From: Parcubacteria group bacterium ADurb.Bin159
GTDB taxonomy: Bacteria; Patescibacteriota; Patescibacteriia; UBA2591; MWDC01
Assembly: GCA_002070355.1 (NCBI GenBank)
Contig: MWDC01000001.1
Coordinates: 67,994 to 131,993, forward strand
Direction: 5' to 3'
Length of the DNA stretch: 64,000 nt
The position numbers and the translations under genes were made by a program. The notes under the pieces were generated by a model. It did no database searches, was not told the origin of the DNA, and worked only from the letters and a program-made list of their open reading frames with translations. The stretch's first letter is position 1. Each line of letters opens with the position of its first letter. Shown here one piece after another: positions 38,089 to 48,798 of the stretch.

Positions 38089-38767
38089 AAAGCGATTTTA
38101 ATTTATTAAAATTTATAAAACTAATAGAAAAAAATACACTGGACAAAAAAGCATTAAAATAAAAACTAATCGGTAAAAAAGTTAAAACGAAATAACATTC
38201 TATAGCCAATAAAGCAAAAACATAAATAAAGGGAGAAAACTTTTTTTGCCCCTCAAACCAAATAATATAAAAAACAAGCCATGCCAAAATAGGAAAAAGG
38301 GGAATTATTACTTTAAACTGCGGAACATTAAAAAAATAATTTAAAGCGCCAACACTTGTAAAAAAATAAAAAGAGATTAAAAAAGTAGAAAAAACAACGC
38401 TCTTGCTAAACCCATCGGATTGGAATAAACGAGGACGGCGAATCAAATTGTAAAGATTATAAGAGAGATAAATAGCCCAAAGAAAAGAAATAAACAAAAA
38501 AATAAATTTTAGCCAAATACTGCTAGTAATCAACCAAAAAATACTTAAACCAGTAATCAAGAATATCGCCTCTATAATAATTGGCCAATAAATAGAAAGC
38601 TTAAAGCGAACCAAATAAAAAAATAAAAGGGTAATTAGAAGAAAATTAAATACTAAAGTAAAAATTATTGTTGTCTGATTTAAGAAAAAAGTAACAATTA
38701 AAAAAGAAACAAACAATAAAATAAATATGACTCCAATAAATATTTGATATTGTTTACTGGTCAACAT
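38051..38767 (-). CDS. Hypothetical polytopic membrane protein
   Basis: 238 aa, highly hydrophobic. Confidence 0.4.
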   Translation of the reverse strand: MLTSKQYQIFIGVIFILLFVSFLIVTFFLNQTTIIFTLVFNFLLITLLFFYLVRFKLSIYWPIIIEAIFLITGLSIFWLITSSIWLKFIFLFISFLWAIYLSYNLYNLIRRPRLFQSDGFSKSVVFSTFLISFYFFTSVGALNYFFNVPQFKVIIPLFPILAWLVFYIIWFEGQKKFSPFIYVFALLAIECYFVLTFLPISFYFNAFLSSVFFSISFINFNKLKSLYEQQVGKNYLSN

Positions 38768-39530
38768 ATTTTACCATTTTATCAGCTATAGCTAAAAATT
38801 TTTCTGCTTTTAACGAAGCGCCACCAACTAAAAATCCGTCAATTGTCTTCTTGCCCAAAAATTCATCTACATTATTTTCATCGATGCTTCCCCCATAAAT
38901 AAATTTCATATTATTTAAAACAAAATTTGACGGCAAACAATCAACAGCCGCTTGGCGAATAATTTGATTAGTATATTCTGCTTCATCGGAATTAACCGCT
39001 TGACCACTGCCAATAACCCAAACCGGCTCATAGGCAATCACTATTTTATCTTGTTCTTTGGGCATTAAACCGCTTAAAGCTTTAAATACTTGTTGAATGA
39101 TTACATAATCTTTTCTCTTCTCCTGCCTTTCTTCAAATGTTTCTCCTACACAAATAATCGGGCAAAGTTCATTGTCAAGAACTGCTTTAACTTTTTTGTG
39201 TACCATTTCATCAAGTTCTTTTAAGTGTTCTCTTCTTTCTGAATGACCAACAATCACAAATTTAATTCCTATTTTTTTTAAATAAAGAGGAGAAATTTCA
39301 CCGGTAAAGCTTCCTTTATCTTCCCAAAAACAATTTTGAGCTCCCAAAATTAATGAACTTTCTTTTGCCATTTCGCTTATTCTGTCTAAAGATAAAAAAG
39401 AAGGGCACAAAACAATTTCTAAATTTTTAAAATCCCCTCCCTTAACTAATCTTTCCGTAGAATTAAAAAGTTGAATTTCTTCATTTAAATTTAAATTCAT
39501 CTTCCAATTGGCTATTAAAAGTTTTTTCAT
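38754..39530 (-). CDS. tpiA: Triosephosphate isomerase
   Basis: IANWKMN, VIVGHSERR and AYEPVWVIGSG. Confidence 0.85.
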   Translation of the reverse strand: MKKLLIANWKMNLNLNEEIQLFNSTERLVKGGDFKNLEIVLCPSFLSLDRISEMAKESSLILGAQNCFWEDKGSFTGEISPLYLKKIGIKFVIVGHSERREHLKELDEMVHKKVKAVLDNELCPIICVGETFEERQEKRKDYVIIQQVFKALSGLMPKEQDKIVIAYEPVWVIGSGQAVNSDEAEYTNQIIRQAAVDCLPSNFVLNNMKFIYGGSIDENNVDEFLGKKTIDGFLVGGASLKAEKFLAIADKMVKYVDQ

Positions 39531-39537
39531 AAAAATT

Positions 39538-40404
39538 TTATTTAAATTTTTGCTCCAATTTATCTAAAAATTTATACAGATCTTCTTCGGTTTTAATTTC
39601 AAAAACTAAATTGCCTCCTTTTGCCTTTTTACAAAATCGCATTTTAACACCTAATATGTCACTTATTTTTTGTACCTTCATCGCTATCATCGGATCAGTT
39701 TCCGCTACTCTTCTTCCTCTTTTTTTAATCATTTTTTCCGTTTCTTTAACGCTCAAATCTAAACCCAAAATTCGTTTAAGATATTGGCTCTGTTTTTCCG
39801 GGTCATCTATTCCGGCTAATACTTTACCATGCGCTTCACTGATTTTTTCATCTCTTATAGCTTCTTGCACTTCGGAAGGCAAAGAAAGCAATCTTAATGT
39901 ATTAGCCACAGAAGAGCGAGATTTACCCAAACGATTAGCTATTTCTTCTTGGGTTAAATTAAATTCTTCGCTTAATCTAAAATAAGCCTCTGCTCTTTCA
40001 ATAGGATTTAAGTCTTTGCGTTGTATATTTTCCAAAAGAGCAATTTCTAATTTTTGCTGTTTATTTGCTTCCCGAATAATTGCCGGAACAGTTTCTAACT
40101 CTAAAAATTTTGCCGCTCTAAATCTTCTTTCCCCGGCAATAATTTGATAACGCCCCTCTCTTATAGGGCAAAGTATAAGAGGCTGAATAATACCGTAAAT
40201 TCGGATAGAATTAATCAATTCCTCTAATTCGCTATAAGAGAAACTTTTCCTTGGCTGGTTTGGATCTGATTCGATTTTTTCTAAAGGCACTTTAATAATT
40301 TCCTCCCCTTCTCTTTTTATATCTTGTTTTATCTCGGAAATAGCGTGCGAAGAAACATCGCCCTTTGAGGTGGGAATTAATGCCTCTAATCCACGACCTA
40401 ACAT
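39538..40404 (-). CDS. parB: ParB/Spo0J partition protein
   Basis: IQPLIL...YQIIAGERRFRAAK plus an HTH segment. Confidence 0.8.
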   Translation of the reverse strand: MLGRGLEALIPTSKGDVSSHAISEIKQDIKREGEEIIKVPLEKIESDPNQPRKSFSYSELEELINSIRIYGIIQPLILCPIREGRYQIIAGERRFRAAKFLELETVPAIIREANKQQKLEIALLENIQRKDLNPIERAEAYFRLSEEFNLTQEEIANRLGKSRSSVANTLRLLSLPSEVQEAIRDEKISEAHGKVLAGIDDPEKQSQYLKRILGLDLSVKETEKMIKKRGRRVAETDPMIAMKVQKISDILGVKMRFCKKAKGGNLVFEIKTEEDLYKFLDKLEQKFK

Positions 40405-40492
40405 AATAATATGTCAAATATTAAAATTTTTAATTTTTAAAAACGAAATTCTCATCTTTAATTTTGACACCTGGTATTTGGTATTTAACGTT

Positions 40493-40855
40493 TTATGGTT
40501 GATATCTTTTATCTGTTATGCGAAAGAAGAATTCTAACAATCCTAAAATTATCAAAAAAAGAACTCCATTTAAGGGAGATAAAATATTAAATTTTTGAAA
40601 AAGCGAAAATCCCACTACCAAAAAAGAGAACCATAAAGAATGGCGAAAAGCGATGGAGCTTTGCAAAAATAGGGGCTGTTTTTTCCGCCGAGTTCGCCAA
40701 ATAAATTCTAAAAAGCTCCAAGTACTTGATAATCCTAAAAATAAAGCAAAATAGTGAAGATAAAATGGCGTTTCTACAAAAAATAAGAGAGCAAAAATAA
40801 CCCAAGAAATAATTAAACAAATAATTAATGTCTTTAAATATGTTTTTAATTTCAT
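40493..40855 (-). CDS. Hypothetical small membrane protein
   Basis: 120 aa with three hydrophobic helices. Confidence 0.35.
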   Translation of the reverse strand: MKLKTYLKTLIICLIISWVIFALLFFVETPFYLHYFALFLGLSSTWSFLEFIWRTRRKKQPLFLQSSIAFRHSLWFSFLVVGFSLFQKFNILSPLNGVLFLIILGLLEFFFRITDKRYQP

Positions 40856-40919
40856 AAAGCGTTTTGTTGAAAATTTTAATTCTTCTATTGTTTATATTTT
40901 ATCAATTTAAAATATTTAT

Positions 40920-43910
40920 TCAAGCTTTTTCCCGATAGGGGCAAATATGGTTATAATCGCAAAATTGACATTGATAACCGGGGGTAGCGGAAAAATCGCT
41001 TTTTAAAAGCTCTTTTATTCGACCAATAATCTTTTCTTTAAAGGGGTTAATTTCTTCTTCTTTTATTTCAAAAGAAACCTTTTCTCCTCCATCTAAATAA
41101 TAACAGGTTAATTTTTTAATTGGTTTAAAATGGGAAAGTGGAGAAGAAAGGGCTAAATAATAAATTAACAATTGTTCTTTTACTGAAGTCAAATTGGATT
41201 CTTTTCTCTTACTTGTCTTGTAATCGATAATTTCAAAACCATCTTTTATTTTATCAATTCGGTCAATTCGCCCCTTAAAAATAAATTCTTCTAAGGGAAA
41301 GGTAAATGTCTGCTCAACAGCCATAATCTCTGAAGGATTTTTAGCAAAATCTTTATAAAATTTAGATAAAATTTCTTTACCTTTTTCTCTATAAGCTTCT
41401 TTTTGCTCTGGTGAATCATACCATTCGTCAACCCATGATTCTTTGTAAAAACGAAATAAATCTTCTAATTTAATGGGCATTTTCTTTTCTTTCTTATTCT
41501 GAGGGAAAAGAGAAGATTGCTTTTCAAAAGAACGCAAATATAAATTGCCAAATTTTGCCAAAGTGTCGTGAATACTTCGCCCAAAACTATAATTAGGCCT
41601 GCCAGCAGTGGGAATAGTTAAAATATATTTATATTTATATTGGAGCGGGCAAAAATCAAAATCTGCAAGTTGCGTAAAGCTAATTTTTTTATTTAGGAAT
41701 AAATTTTGATTTTTCTGTTTTTTAACTGGAAATATGTTAACTGAACTAGGAATAATTATTTTGGGGGATTCTTTTTTTAATGATGTTTTTTCTTTTGTTT
41801 CTAATCCTAATTCGTAAAGAAAGCGAGACGGTTTTTTTAAACTCTTCGTCCCATAATCTTCAGCCCAGCAAAGAAATAAACCATCTTTAGCCCGCGTTAA
41901 AGCAACATAAAAAAGCCGTCTTTCTTCTTCTAAATGAGTATCCCCTTCCGGAACAATTCCTTTAATTAAAGCATCAGGCAAAGGAATAATATCGCCTCTT
42001 TCTGGAGTAGGGAACCTACGGTCAACAAGGTCAACAATAAAAACATATTTAAACTCTAAACCCTTTGCCCCGTGAACAGTTAAAAGTTTTACTGATTCTG
42101 GACCCTCTATCTCTGTGCTTATTGCTCCAAAATCTCCCGCTTGCTCAATTTGGTTTATAGATTCAATAAAACTTTTAATAGTGCAATCGGGATTTTCTTT
42201 CTCAAATTGCATCACTCTTCTTAAAAATTGATTAGCATAATTTATATCTTCTTGAGCGCGAATATTTCCTCCGTCTGATTCTTTCGTTAAAAAAGAGGCA
42301 TATCCGCTCTCCTTCAAAAATTGATAAATAATTTTGCTTACCGGCTCCCGGCGAGATTGAGTAGAATGTTTTTCTATCCAAGATAAAAATTTATTAATTG
42401 CCAATAATCCCTTTTGGGAGATAGCACCCAGAGAAGCAGCTTGAGTTAAAGTTTGATAAAACGACCAAGCTCTTTTGCGGGATTCATGAGTCAAAAGAAC
42501 TAAATCGTCATTAGTCAAAGCGTCTTTAAATATTGGAGAAATTAAAAGCCGATAAACACTGGAAGATTCGTGATAATCATCTAAAAGTTTTAAATAAGAC
42601 AATATATCTAAAATTATTGATTTGGAAAAAAGGCCACTATGAGCCAAAAATTGATAAGGGATAGAGGCGTATTCCAATGTTTTGGAAAACGGCTCTAAAG
42701 ATTTATTAGCTCTAGCTAAAATGGCGAAATCGTTCCAAGTCAAACTTTTATCTTTATTTTTGATTTCAGCTATTTTTTTTACTATTGTTTCAACTTCTTC
42801 TTCGTGAGTATTGGCTTTAATCACTTCAATTATCCCCTCACCTGTCCTAACTGACCTTAAATGTTTAGAAATAATTTTTTCCAAAGAAGATCCGTTTTTC
42901 ATTTTTGGAATTTGTACTTCTAAACGATTGGGATTATTCTGCTTTATAAATTTATAAGAAAGGTCTAAAATATTTTGGTAAGAACGATAATTTTTAGTTA
43001 AAGCGACAATTTTTGCCGTGGGATAATCTTCGCTAAATTGAAAAACGTTATTATAAGAAGCTCCTCTCCATAAAAAAACTGCTTGATCATCGTCAGCTAC
43101 CACCGTTAAATTGTTTTTTGGCTTAGCTAATATTTTTAGAAGTTCATATTGAGCTAAATTAGTATCCTGAAATTCGTCTACCAAAATATATTTAAATTGA
43201 TTTTGATATTTTTTTAAAATAGCCGGTCTCTCTTTAAATAATTTAATGGTGTAGTTGATTAAATCACCAAAATCTAACGCCCCCTCTTCTTCAAGAAGCT
43301 TTTGATAAATATTATAAGCGCCTGCCACTTCTTTTAATTTTCTTATTTCATCATTGACCAATTCGTCACTTAAGGCGGAATCTTTATTAAGCTCTAAATT
43401 TTTAACATAATCCAAATATTCTTCCGGCGAAACCAATTCGTCTTTTGCACGAGAAAAATGTTTCACCAAAGAACCAATAAATCTAAAAGGATTGCCCAAA
43501 GGGCGATAATAGTCAAGATTAAATCGAGAAAAATTACGGCGGATAAAAAGGGATTGTCCCGCTTCATCTAAAAGTTTAAAATCAGTAGATAACCCTATAT
43601 CTAAAGCGTTTTCTCTTAATACCCTTTCACAAAAAGAATGAAAAGTGGAAACCCAAAGGTCTAAATAACCATAAGGGAGAAGTTGATCAACTCTTCCCTC
43701 CATTTCTCTGGCAGCTTTTTCGGTAAAAGTTACCGCCAAAATTTCATCTGGCTTAACTTTTTTCTCTAAAATTAACCATACCAAACGACGAGTAATAACC
43801 GTTGTCTTCCCTGTACCAGCTCCGGCAATAATTAAAAATGGTCCATCGCCATAAGTAACCGCTTCTTTTTGTTCAGGATTTAAATTGGCTAAAATTTTAT
43901 CATTGTTCAT
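40920..43910 (-). CDS. UvrD/PcrA-like helicase fused to a C-terminal RecB-family PD-(D/E)XK nuclease domain with a Cys cluster (AddA/AddB-like)
   Basis: N-terminal AGAGTGKTT (Walker A) and UvrD motifs. C-terminus has CPLQY...GYQCQFCDYNHICPY. Confidence 0.7.
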   Translation of the reverse strand: MNNDKILANLNPEQKEAVTYGDGPFLIIAGAGTGKTTVITRRLVWLILEKKVKPDEILAVTFTEKAAREMEGRVDQLLPYGYLDLWVSTFHSFCERVLRENALDIGLSTDFKLLDEAGQSLFIRRNFSRFNLDYYRPLGNPFRFIGSLVKHFSRAKDELVSPEEYLDYVKNLELNKDSALSDELVNDEIRKLKEVAGAYNIYQKLLEEEGALDFGDLINYTIKLFKERPAILKKYQNQFKYILVDEFQDTNLAQYELLKILAKPKNNLTVVADDDQAVFLWRGASYNNVFQFSEDYPTAKIVALTKNYRSYQNILDLSYKFIKQNNPNRLEVQIPKMKNGSSLEKIISKHLRSVRTGEGIIEVIKANTHEEEVETIVKKIAEIKNKDKSLTWNDFAILARANKSLEPFSKTLEYASIPYQFLAHSGLFSKSIILDILSYLKLLDDYHESSSVYRLLISPIFKDALTNDDLVLLTHESRKRAWSFYQTLTQAASLGAISQKGLLAINKFLSWIEKHSTQSRREPVSKIIYQFLKESGYASFLTKESDGGNIRAQEDINYANQFLRRVMQFEKENPDCTIKSFIESINQIEQAGDFGAISTEIEGPESVKLLTVHGAKGLEFKYVFIVDLVDRRFPTPERGDIIPLPDALIKGIVPEGDTHLEEERRLFYVALTRAKDGLFLCWAEDYGTKSLKKPSRFLYELGLETKEKTSLKKESPKIIIPSSVNIFPVKKQKNQNLFLNKKISFTQLADFDFCPLQYKYKYILTIPTAGRPNYSFGRSIHDTLAKFGNLYLRSFEKQSSLFPQNKKEKKMPIKLEDLFRFYKESWVDEWYDSPEQKEAYREKGKEILSKFYKDFAKNPSEIMAVEQTFTFPLEEFIFKGRIDRIDKIKDGFEIIDYKTSKRKESNLTSVKEQLLIYYLALSSPLSHFKPIKKLTCYYLDGGEKVSFEIKEEEINPFKEKIIGRIKELLKSDFSATPGYQCQFCDYNHICPYREKA

Positions 43911-45016
43911 ATACTCTTTCTAATTTTTTTGAATAAATCAAAATAAAAATGAAGATTATGTAAAACCGCCAATCTCTGACCAAGTGGATCGGAAATTCTA
44001 AAAAGATGATGTAAATAAGAACGGGAATAATTTTGGCAAGTTGGACAAAGACAATTTTTATCTATTGGCTTTTGGTCAAATTTAAAAATAGAATTTTTAA
44101 TGGATATGGTTTGATAAAAATTGCTTTCTAATAATTTTTTCAAAGAAAATTTCTCTTTTGAATTTTTGAAAACATAAAAAAATCCATGCCTGCCATTTCT
44201 TGTGGGAAGGACACAGTCAAAAATATCGAATCCCCGAGATATAGCCCAAACTAATTGTGAAGGATTACCTAACCCCATTAAATAATGAGGTGCTGTTTCC
44301 GGTAAAATAGATAAAATAGGAGGAAGAACTTTTTTCATTTCTAATGGCGACATCATCCCCCCAATAGCATAACCGTCAAAACCAATATCCACTATACTTT
44401 GAGCGCTAATTTTACGCAAATCAGAATAAGCACCCCCCTGAATAATTCCAAATAAAAGAGAACGCCTTTCTTTTTTCTCCTCTTTCCTAAATGCCTTTTT
44501 AGCCCGAATAGCCCAATCGGTTGTCCTTATCACTGCTCTCTTAGTAGACAAGTAATCCGATGCATAGGGAGTACATTCATCTAAAACCATTATAATATCT
44601 GAACCGATATTTTTTTGAAATTCAACAATGTTTTCCGGGGTTAAAAAAATTTCTTGGCCACTATTTATATCGCGAAATTTTACCCCTTCTTTACTAATCT
44701 GTCTCCATTTACTTAAAGAAAAAACCTGATATCCTCCACTATCAGTTAAAATCGCTCTTGGCCAATTCATAAAATTATGAAGGCCTTTTGCTTTTTTTAA
44801 AACCTTAATTCCGGGAGACAAAAACAAATGATAAGCATTAGCTAAAATTATTTGCGCTCCGGAATTTTTTAATTCTTTATTAGTTAAAAGCTTAACTGCT
44901 CCTCGGCTGCCAATAGGCATAAAATTTGGCGTGTCAACTGCTCCGTGAAGAGTAGAAATTTTTCCTAAACGAGCTAAACTATTTTTGGATTTTTTAATAA
45001 TTTTGAAATAATTCAT
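43907..45016 (-). CDS. tgt: Queuine tRNA-ribosyltransferase. Probable true start is the ATG at 45016; the track used TTG at 45037, which lies inside repeat B.
   Basis: TPNFMPIGSRGAVK, LGLGNP and the zinc site CLCPTCQNYSRSYLHHL. Confidence 0.8.
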   Translation of the reverse strand: MNYFKIIKKSKNSLARLGKISTLHGAVDTPNFMPIGSRGAVKLLTNKELKNSGAQIILANAYHLFLSPGIKVLKKAKGLHNFMNWPRAILTDSGGYQVFSLSKWRQISKEGVKFRDINSGQEIFLTPENIVEFQKNIGSDIIMVLDECTPYASDYLSTKRAVIRTTDWAIRAKKAFRKEEKKERRSLLFGIIQGGAYSDLRKISAQSIVDIGFDGYAIGGMMSPLEMKKVLPPILSILPETAPHYLMGLGNPSQLVWAISRGFDIFDCVLPTRNGRHGFFYVFKNSKEKFSLKKLLESNFYQTISIKNSIFKFDQKPIDKNCLCPTCQNYSRSYLHHLFRISDPLGQRLAVLHNLHFYFDLFKKIRKSI

Positions 45017-45020
45017 TTTT

Positions 45021-45112
45021 GGTAAAAAAAGTGTCAAATTTGATTTTTTGGCGAGATAACCCTTTATTGATGCGGATTTGCCGAGGTCGGAAAAAGGGGA
45101 CTGTCCCCTTTT
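45021..45112 (+). repeat. Repeat family B, copy 2
   Basis: Near-identical to 36344-36435. Overlaps the annotated tgt start and the murG C-terminus. Confidence 0.7.
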
Positions 45113-46077
45113 AGGAGATGGCGAATTTCTTTTAAAAGATTTTCTTTGGTTTGCTCTTCTCTAAAAAGAGCGCGAACAGCTTTTTTTTCTAAAAAATAAT
45201 AAGCATTGGCTTCTTGATGAGTGTGGGGAATAGGCAAAACAATGGCCGGCTTGCCTAAAAAAGATAATTCAGATAAAGTGCCCATACCAGCGCGGCAAAT
45301 AACTATATCTGCCACCTTATAAGCCAAAGACATTTCTTTGTCTAAAAATTCAAATTGATGATAATTTTCATTTTGAAAAACTCGAGATTTTCCTTTGCCG
45401 GTTAAATGAATAATTTGAGAAAAAGAAGTAAGTTCAGGCAATAAATCAAAAATTAACTGGTTAATAAAAGCAGCGCCTTTCCCTCCCCCTAAAACTAAAA
45501 TAACTGGCAAATTTGGCTTTAAGGAAAAAAATTTTTTTGCTTCTTCTTCCGACGCGTTTAATAACTCTTGCCTTACCGGATTACCCGTCAAAATAGTTTT
45601 TTTAGCCGGAAAATCTTTTAACGAAGGAGGCAAACTTACGGTAATTTTATAAGCGAAAGGAGTAAGAAGGCGGTTAGTCAAACTGGGAATTATATCTTGC
45701 TGATGAATAAAAAGAGGAACCCTTAAAAACCAAGCAGCTATCCCCACAGGCACAGAAGTGAAACTACCTGCTGATAAAACCATATCTGGCTTAAAATTTT
45801 TAATTATTTTTAAGGATTGAAAAAAACCAAAAATAGTTAAAAATGGGGAGATTAAATTTTTAAGAGAAAAATAGCGGCGCCATTTTCCAGCATAAATACT
45901 TTGATAAGAAATACCCTCTTTTCTAACTAATTCTTCTGCCACATCATCATTTTTAGGCCCAATAAAAAGAAACTCTGTTTCAGGTTCTTTCTTTTTAATT
46001 TCCGATCGCATAGCTAAAAGTGGAGTTATAGAACCGCCTGTACCTCCGCCAACTAATAAAATTTTTCTCATAATCAA
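45064..46077 (-). CDS. murG: Undecaprenyldiphospho-muramoylpentapeptide beta-N-acetylglucosaminyltransferase
   Basis: LLVGGGTGGSITPLLAM (G-loop) and C-terminal GT28 motifs. The last ~15 codons read through the repeat-B palindrome. Confidence 0.8.
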   Translation of the reverse strand: MIMRKILLVGGGTGGSITPLLAMRSEIKKKEPETEFLFIGPKNDDVAEELVRKEGISYQSIYAGKWRRYFSLKNLISPFLTIFGFFQSLKIIKNFKPDMVLSAGSFTSVPVGIAAWFLRVPLFIHQQDIIPSLTNRLLTPFAYKITVSLPPSLKDFPAKKTILTGNPVRQELLNASEEEAKKFFSLKPNLPVILVLGGGKGAAFINQLIFDLLPELTSFSQIIHLTGKGKSRVFQNENYHQFEFLDKEMSLAYKVADIVICRAGMGTLSELSFLGKPAIVLPIPHTHQEANAYYFLEKKAVRALFREEQTKENLLKEIRHLLKGDSPLFPTSANPHQ

Positions 46078-46141
46078 TTATTTTAACAGGTTTAAAGAAT
46101 AAAAAAAGGGATGCCTTAGCATCTAGCACCCCTATGTTTTT

Positions 46142-46423
46142 TTATGGTCTGACCCAAAGATCCCTTTTAGTTAAACCATACTTTTTACAAGCTTCTCTCA
46201 GTGCCCGGGAAAAACACTTTTCAGGAACGTTATCTATGACAACCGGTGCAACTTTTACTTCCCATACTTTTTCTCCCCCCGGGAGATTTTTGTATAAAAC
46301 AACCTCTTCCACTCTGCTCCATCCAGGACAATCCCGATCTATTTTGCCCTGAACTTTTTGCCGAGCTTCCTCGGCATTCCGAGCCTTTTCGTAAACAGAT
46401 TCTATCTGTAATAGAATCTTCAT
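46142..46423 (-). CDS. Hypothetical 93-aa protein
   Basis: ORF in a locally GC-richer patch. No recognisable motif. Confidence 0.35.
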   Translation of the reverse strand: MKILLQIESVYEKARNAEEARQKVQGKIDRDCPGWSRVEEVVLYKNLPGGEKVWEVKVAPVVIDNVPEKCFSRALREACKKYGLTKRDLWVRP

Positions 46424-46517
46424 AATGCGCCTCCTTTTTGTTTTAAAATTAAAGATTGATTGAAACTGCTTGTTTTTAAATATTAAAGCAGATTTTTAAA
46501 ATTTGTCAAGTTTAATT

Positions 46518-47684
46518 TTAATTAGTTATTGTTTGACGCGAGATGTTGGCTAAAATACCAAAAGAAGCTAAAGTAATTGCCATACTTGTTCCTCCATAAC
46601 TCATTAGAGGTAAAGGAATCCCGGTTAAAGGCAAAAGACCGGTCATTGCTCCTAAATTTATAATCACACTAATAATAAAAGAAAAGCCTATGCCACTGGC
46701 TAATAAATAACCAAATTTATCTGGCGCTTTGCGAGCAATATAAAAACAACGCCAAAATAAGAAAAAATAAAAGAAAATTATAATAACTCCGCCAATAAAA
46801 CCTAATCCCTCGGCAGCTAAAACAAAAATAGAATCACTAAGCACTTCTGGTAAAAATCGGGCTGAAGATTGAGATAACCCTTTGCCTAAAAACCCCCCTG
46901 AACTAAGAGCTTCTAACGCCTCTATGGCGTGGTAATTAATTCCTTGCGGATCTATTTGGGGATGTAAAAAACTTATAACGCGGCTCAATCGATAAGGGGA
47001 TAATTTAATAAAAATTAAGGAAGCGCTAATTAAACTGATAAAACTAATAAATAAAAAATACCAAGGAACATTGGCTAAAAAATAAATAGCCACCATTGTA
47101 AAGCCAACAACTAAAAGGGTGCTCATATCCGGTTCTGCAATAAGCAAAATAAAAACTAAGAATAAAAGCAAAATAAATGGCAAAAAAACATTTTTCCAAC
47201 TTTTTAAGAGATTTTCTTTTCCGTTTTCATAAGATAACCAAGCGCTCAAATAGATAATAACAGCAATTTTTATTATTTCGCTCGGTTGTAAATTAACAAT
47301 GCCGAGATTAATCCAACGCGACGCTCCTTTATAAGAAACGCCAAAAGGAGGAACAAAAACTAAAACTAAAAGAATAAAAGAAATGATTAAAAAAGGAACA
47401 GCGATTTTTTTAAGTTTATGATAATCAAAAAAATAAAAAACAAAAAACAAAACTAATCCGGGTAAAAATCCAAAAATAAGCTGATGGTGAAGATAAAAAT
47501 AACAATCACCTAAAGAGCAACCTTTAGAAAAACTAGCGGGAATTAAAACCCAAAAACCAAAAAAGATAATAATTAAAAGGGAAATTAAAAAAAGGAAATC
47601 CGGGGAATGAAAAAATATTTCCTCGCCAATATGCCGATTCTTGATGAAACGACCCCCTTGAGATTTACGAATATTTTTTTTCAT
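46518..47684 (-). CDS. ftsW: SEDS-family peptidoglycan glycosyltransferase (FtsW/RodA)
   Basis: Ten or more TM segments; C-terminus ...SYGGTSMAITLASFGIL. Confidence 0.75.
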   Translation of the reverse strand: MKKNIRKSQGGRFIKNRHIGEEIFFHSPDFLFLISLLIIIFFGFWVLIPASFSKGCSLGDCYFYLHHQLIFGFLPGLVLFFVFYFFDYHKLKKIAVPFLIISFILLVLVFVPPFGVSYKGASRWINLGIVNLQPSEIIKIAVIIYLSAWLSYENGKENLLKSWKNVFLPFILLLFLVFILLIAEPDMSTLLVVGFTMVAIYFLANVPWYFLFISFISLISASLIFIKLSPYRLSRVISFLHPQIDPQGINYHAIEALEALSSGGFLGKGLSQSSARFLPEVLSDSIFVLAAEGLGFIGGVIIIFFYFFLFWRCFYIARKAPDKFGYLLASGIGFSFIISVIINLGAMTGLLPLTGIPLPLMSYGGTSMAITLASFGILANISRQTITN

Positions 47685-48730
47685 CCCACGATTGATTCAG
47701 TTAAAAATATAATTAATCCGATAAGAGCAGTAATTCCTGAAATTAGCCAAAATCTCATTACAATTTTTGGCTCTGGCCAGCCGATAGCTTCTAAATGATG
47801 GTGAATTGGAGATGAAAGAAAAACTTTTTTCTTTCTAATCTTTTTAGACGCAACTTGAATAATAACCGAAAGGGATTCTATAACAAGAATAGAGCCAATG
47901 ATAGGTAAGAGCAAAAATGTGTTAGTCAGCATAGCAATAATTGCCAATGTAATACCTAAAGACATTGTCCCTGTATCGCCCATAAAAAAACGAGCCGGAT
48001 AAATATTAAACCAAAGAAAAGCGGCTAATGACCCACCTATTACACCGCATAAACAAGCCAAATCAAATCTCCCTTGTATAAAAGCAATAACCCCAAAAGC
48101 AGCAAAAGCAATTAATAATACTCCACCGGCTAAACCATCTAAGCCATCTGTTTCATTCACCGAAAAAGATGTAGCCACTAAAACAAAAATAAAAAGAGGA
48201 ACATACCAAAATCCTATATTAAAATCGCCCAAAAATGGAATATGAATTAAATCCCATTCTAATTTGGAATAAAACCACCAAGCTCCGACAACAGCGATCA
48301 AAGTATAAAGAAATAATCTATGTTTTACTGATAATCCCCCGCCATTAGGACCTATCTTTTTAACATTCAATAAATCATCAACAAACCCAACAATAGCCGA
48401 AGCAACTAACACTCCTAAGGGCAAATATGTTTGTTCTCGTGAAAGTAAATTTAATCCCTCCCAAAGTGGAGAATGGGTAATTTTTGCCAAAAAAGCAATA
48501 ACTAAAACTAATATTGCTGTTGTCACCCAAACCAGAATTCCTCCCATAGTGGGCGTACCTGCCTTTGATTTATGAAGACGAGAAAAAATTGGCGTTGATC
48601 CAGAATCACGAATTGTCTTGCTTAAATGATTTTTATAAAGCCAATCAGTTAAAAGTGGCGCCCAAACAAACGCCACTAAAAAAGCAATAGTAGAAAGAGC
48701 AAAAATGCGAATAATTTGATAGGTTAACAT
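47681..48730 (-). CDS. mraY: Phospho-N-acetylmuramoyl-pentapeptide transferase
   Basis: NETDGLDGLAGG, MGDTGTMSLG and HHHLE. Confidence 0.85.
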   Translation of the reverse strand: MLTYQIIRIFALSTIAFLVAFVWAPLLTDWLYKNHLSKTIRDSGSTPIFSRLHKSKAGTPTMGGILVWVTTAILVLVIAFLAKITHSPLWEGLNLLSREQTYLPLGVLVASAIVGFVDDLLNVKKIGPNGGGLSVKHRLFLYTLIAVVGAWWFYSKLEWDLIHIPFLGDFNIGFWYVPLFIFVLVATSFSVNETDGLDGLAGGVLLIAFAAFGVIAFIQGRFDLACLCGVIGGSLAAFLWFNIYPARFFMGDTGTMSLGITLAIIAMLTNTFLLLPIIGSILVIESLSVIIQVASKKIRKKKVFLSSPIHHHLEAIGWPEPKIVMRFWLISGITALIGLIIFLTESIVG

Positions 48731-48798
48731 AATAAAAATATCAAATATAAAATCTATGGCAGTTTTTTCATAAAAGTTTTTTTATTGAAATGCACGTA

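Noticed and set aside
45016-45037. TTG start for tgt as called by the ORF track
   Set aside because: The first seven codons are encoded by repeat B. The conserved Tgt N-terminus begins at the ATG at 45016.
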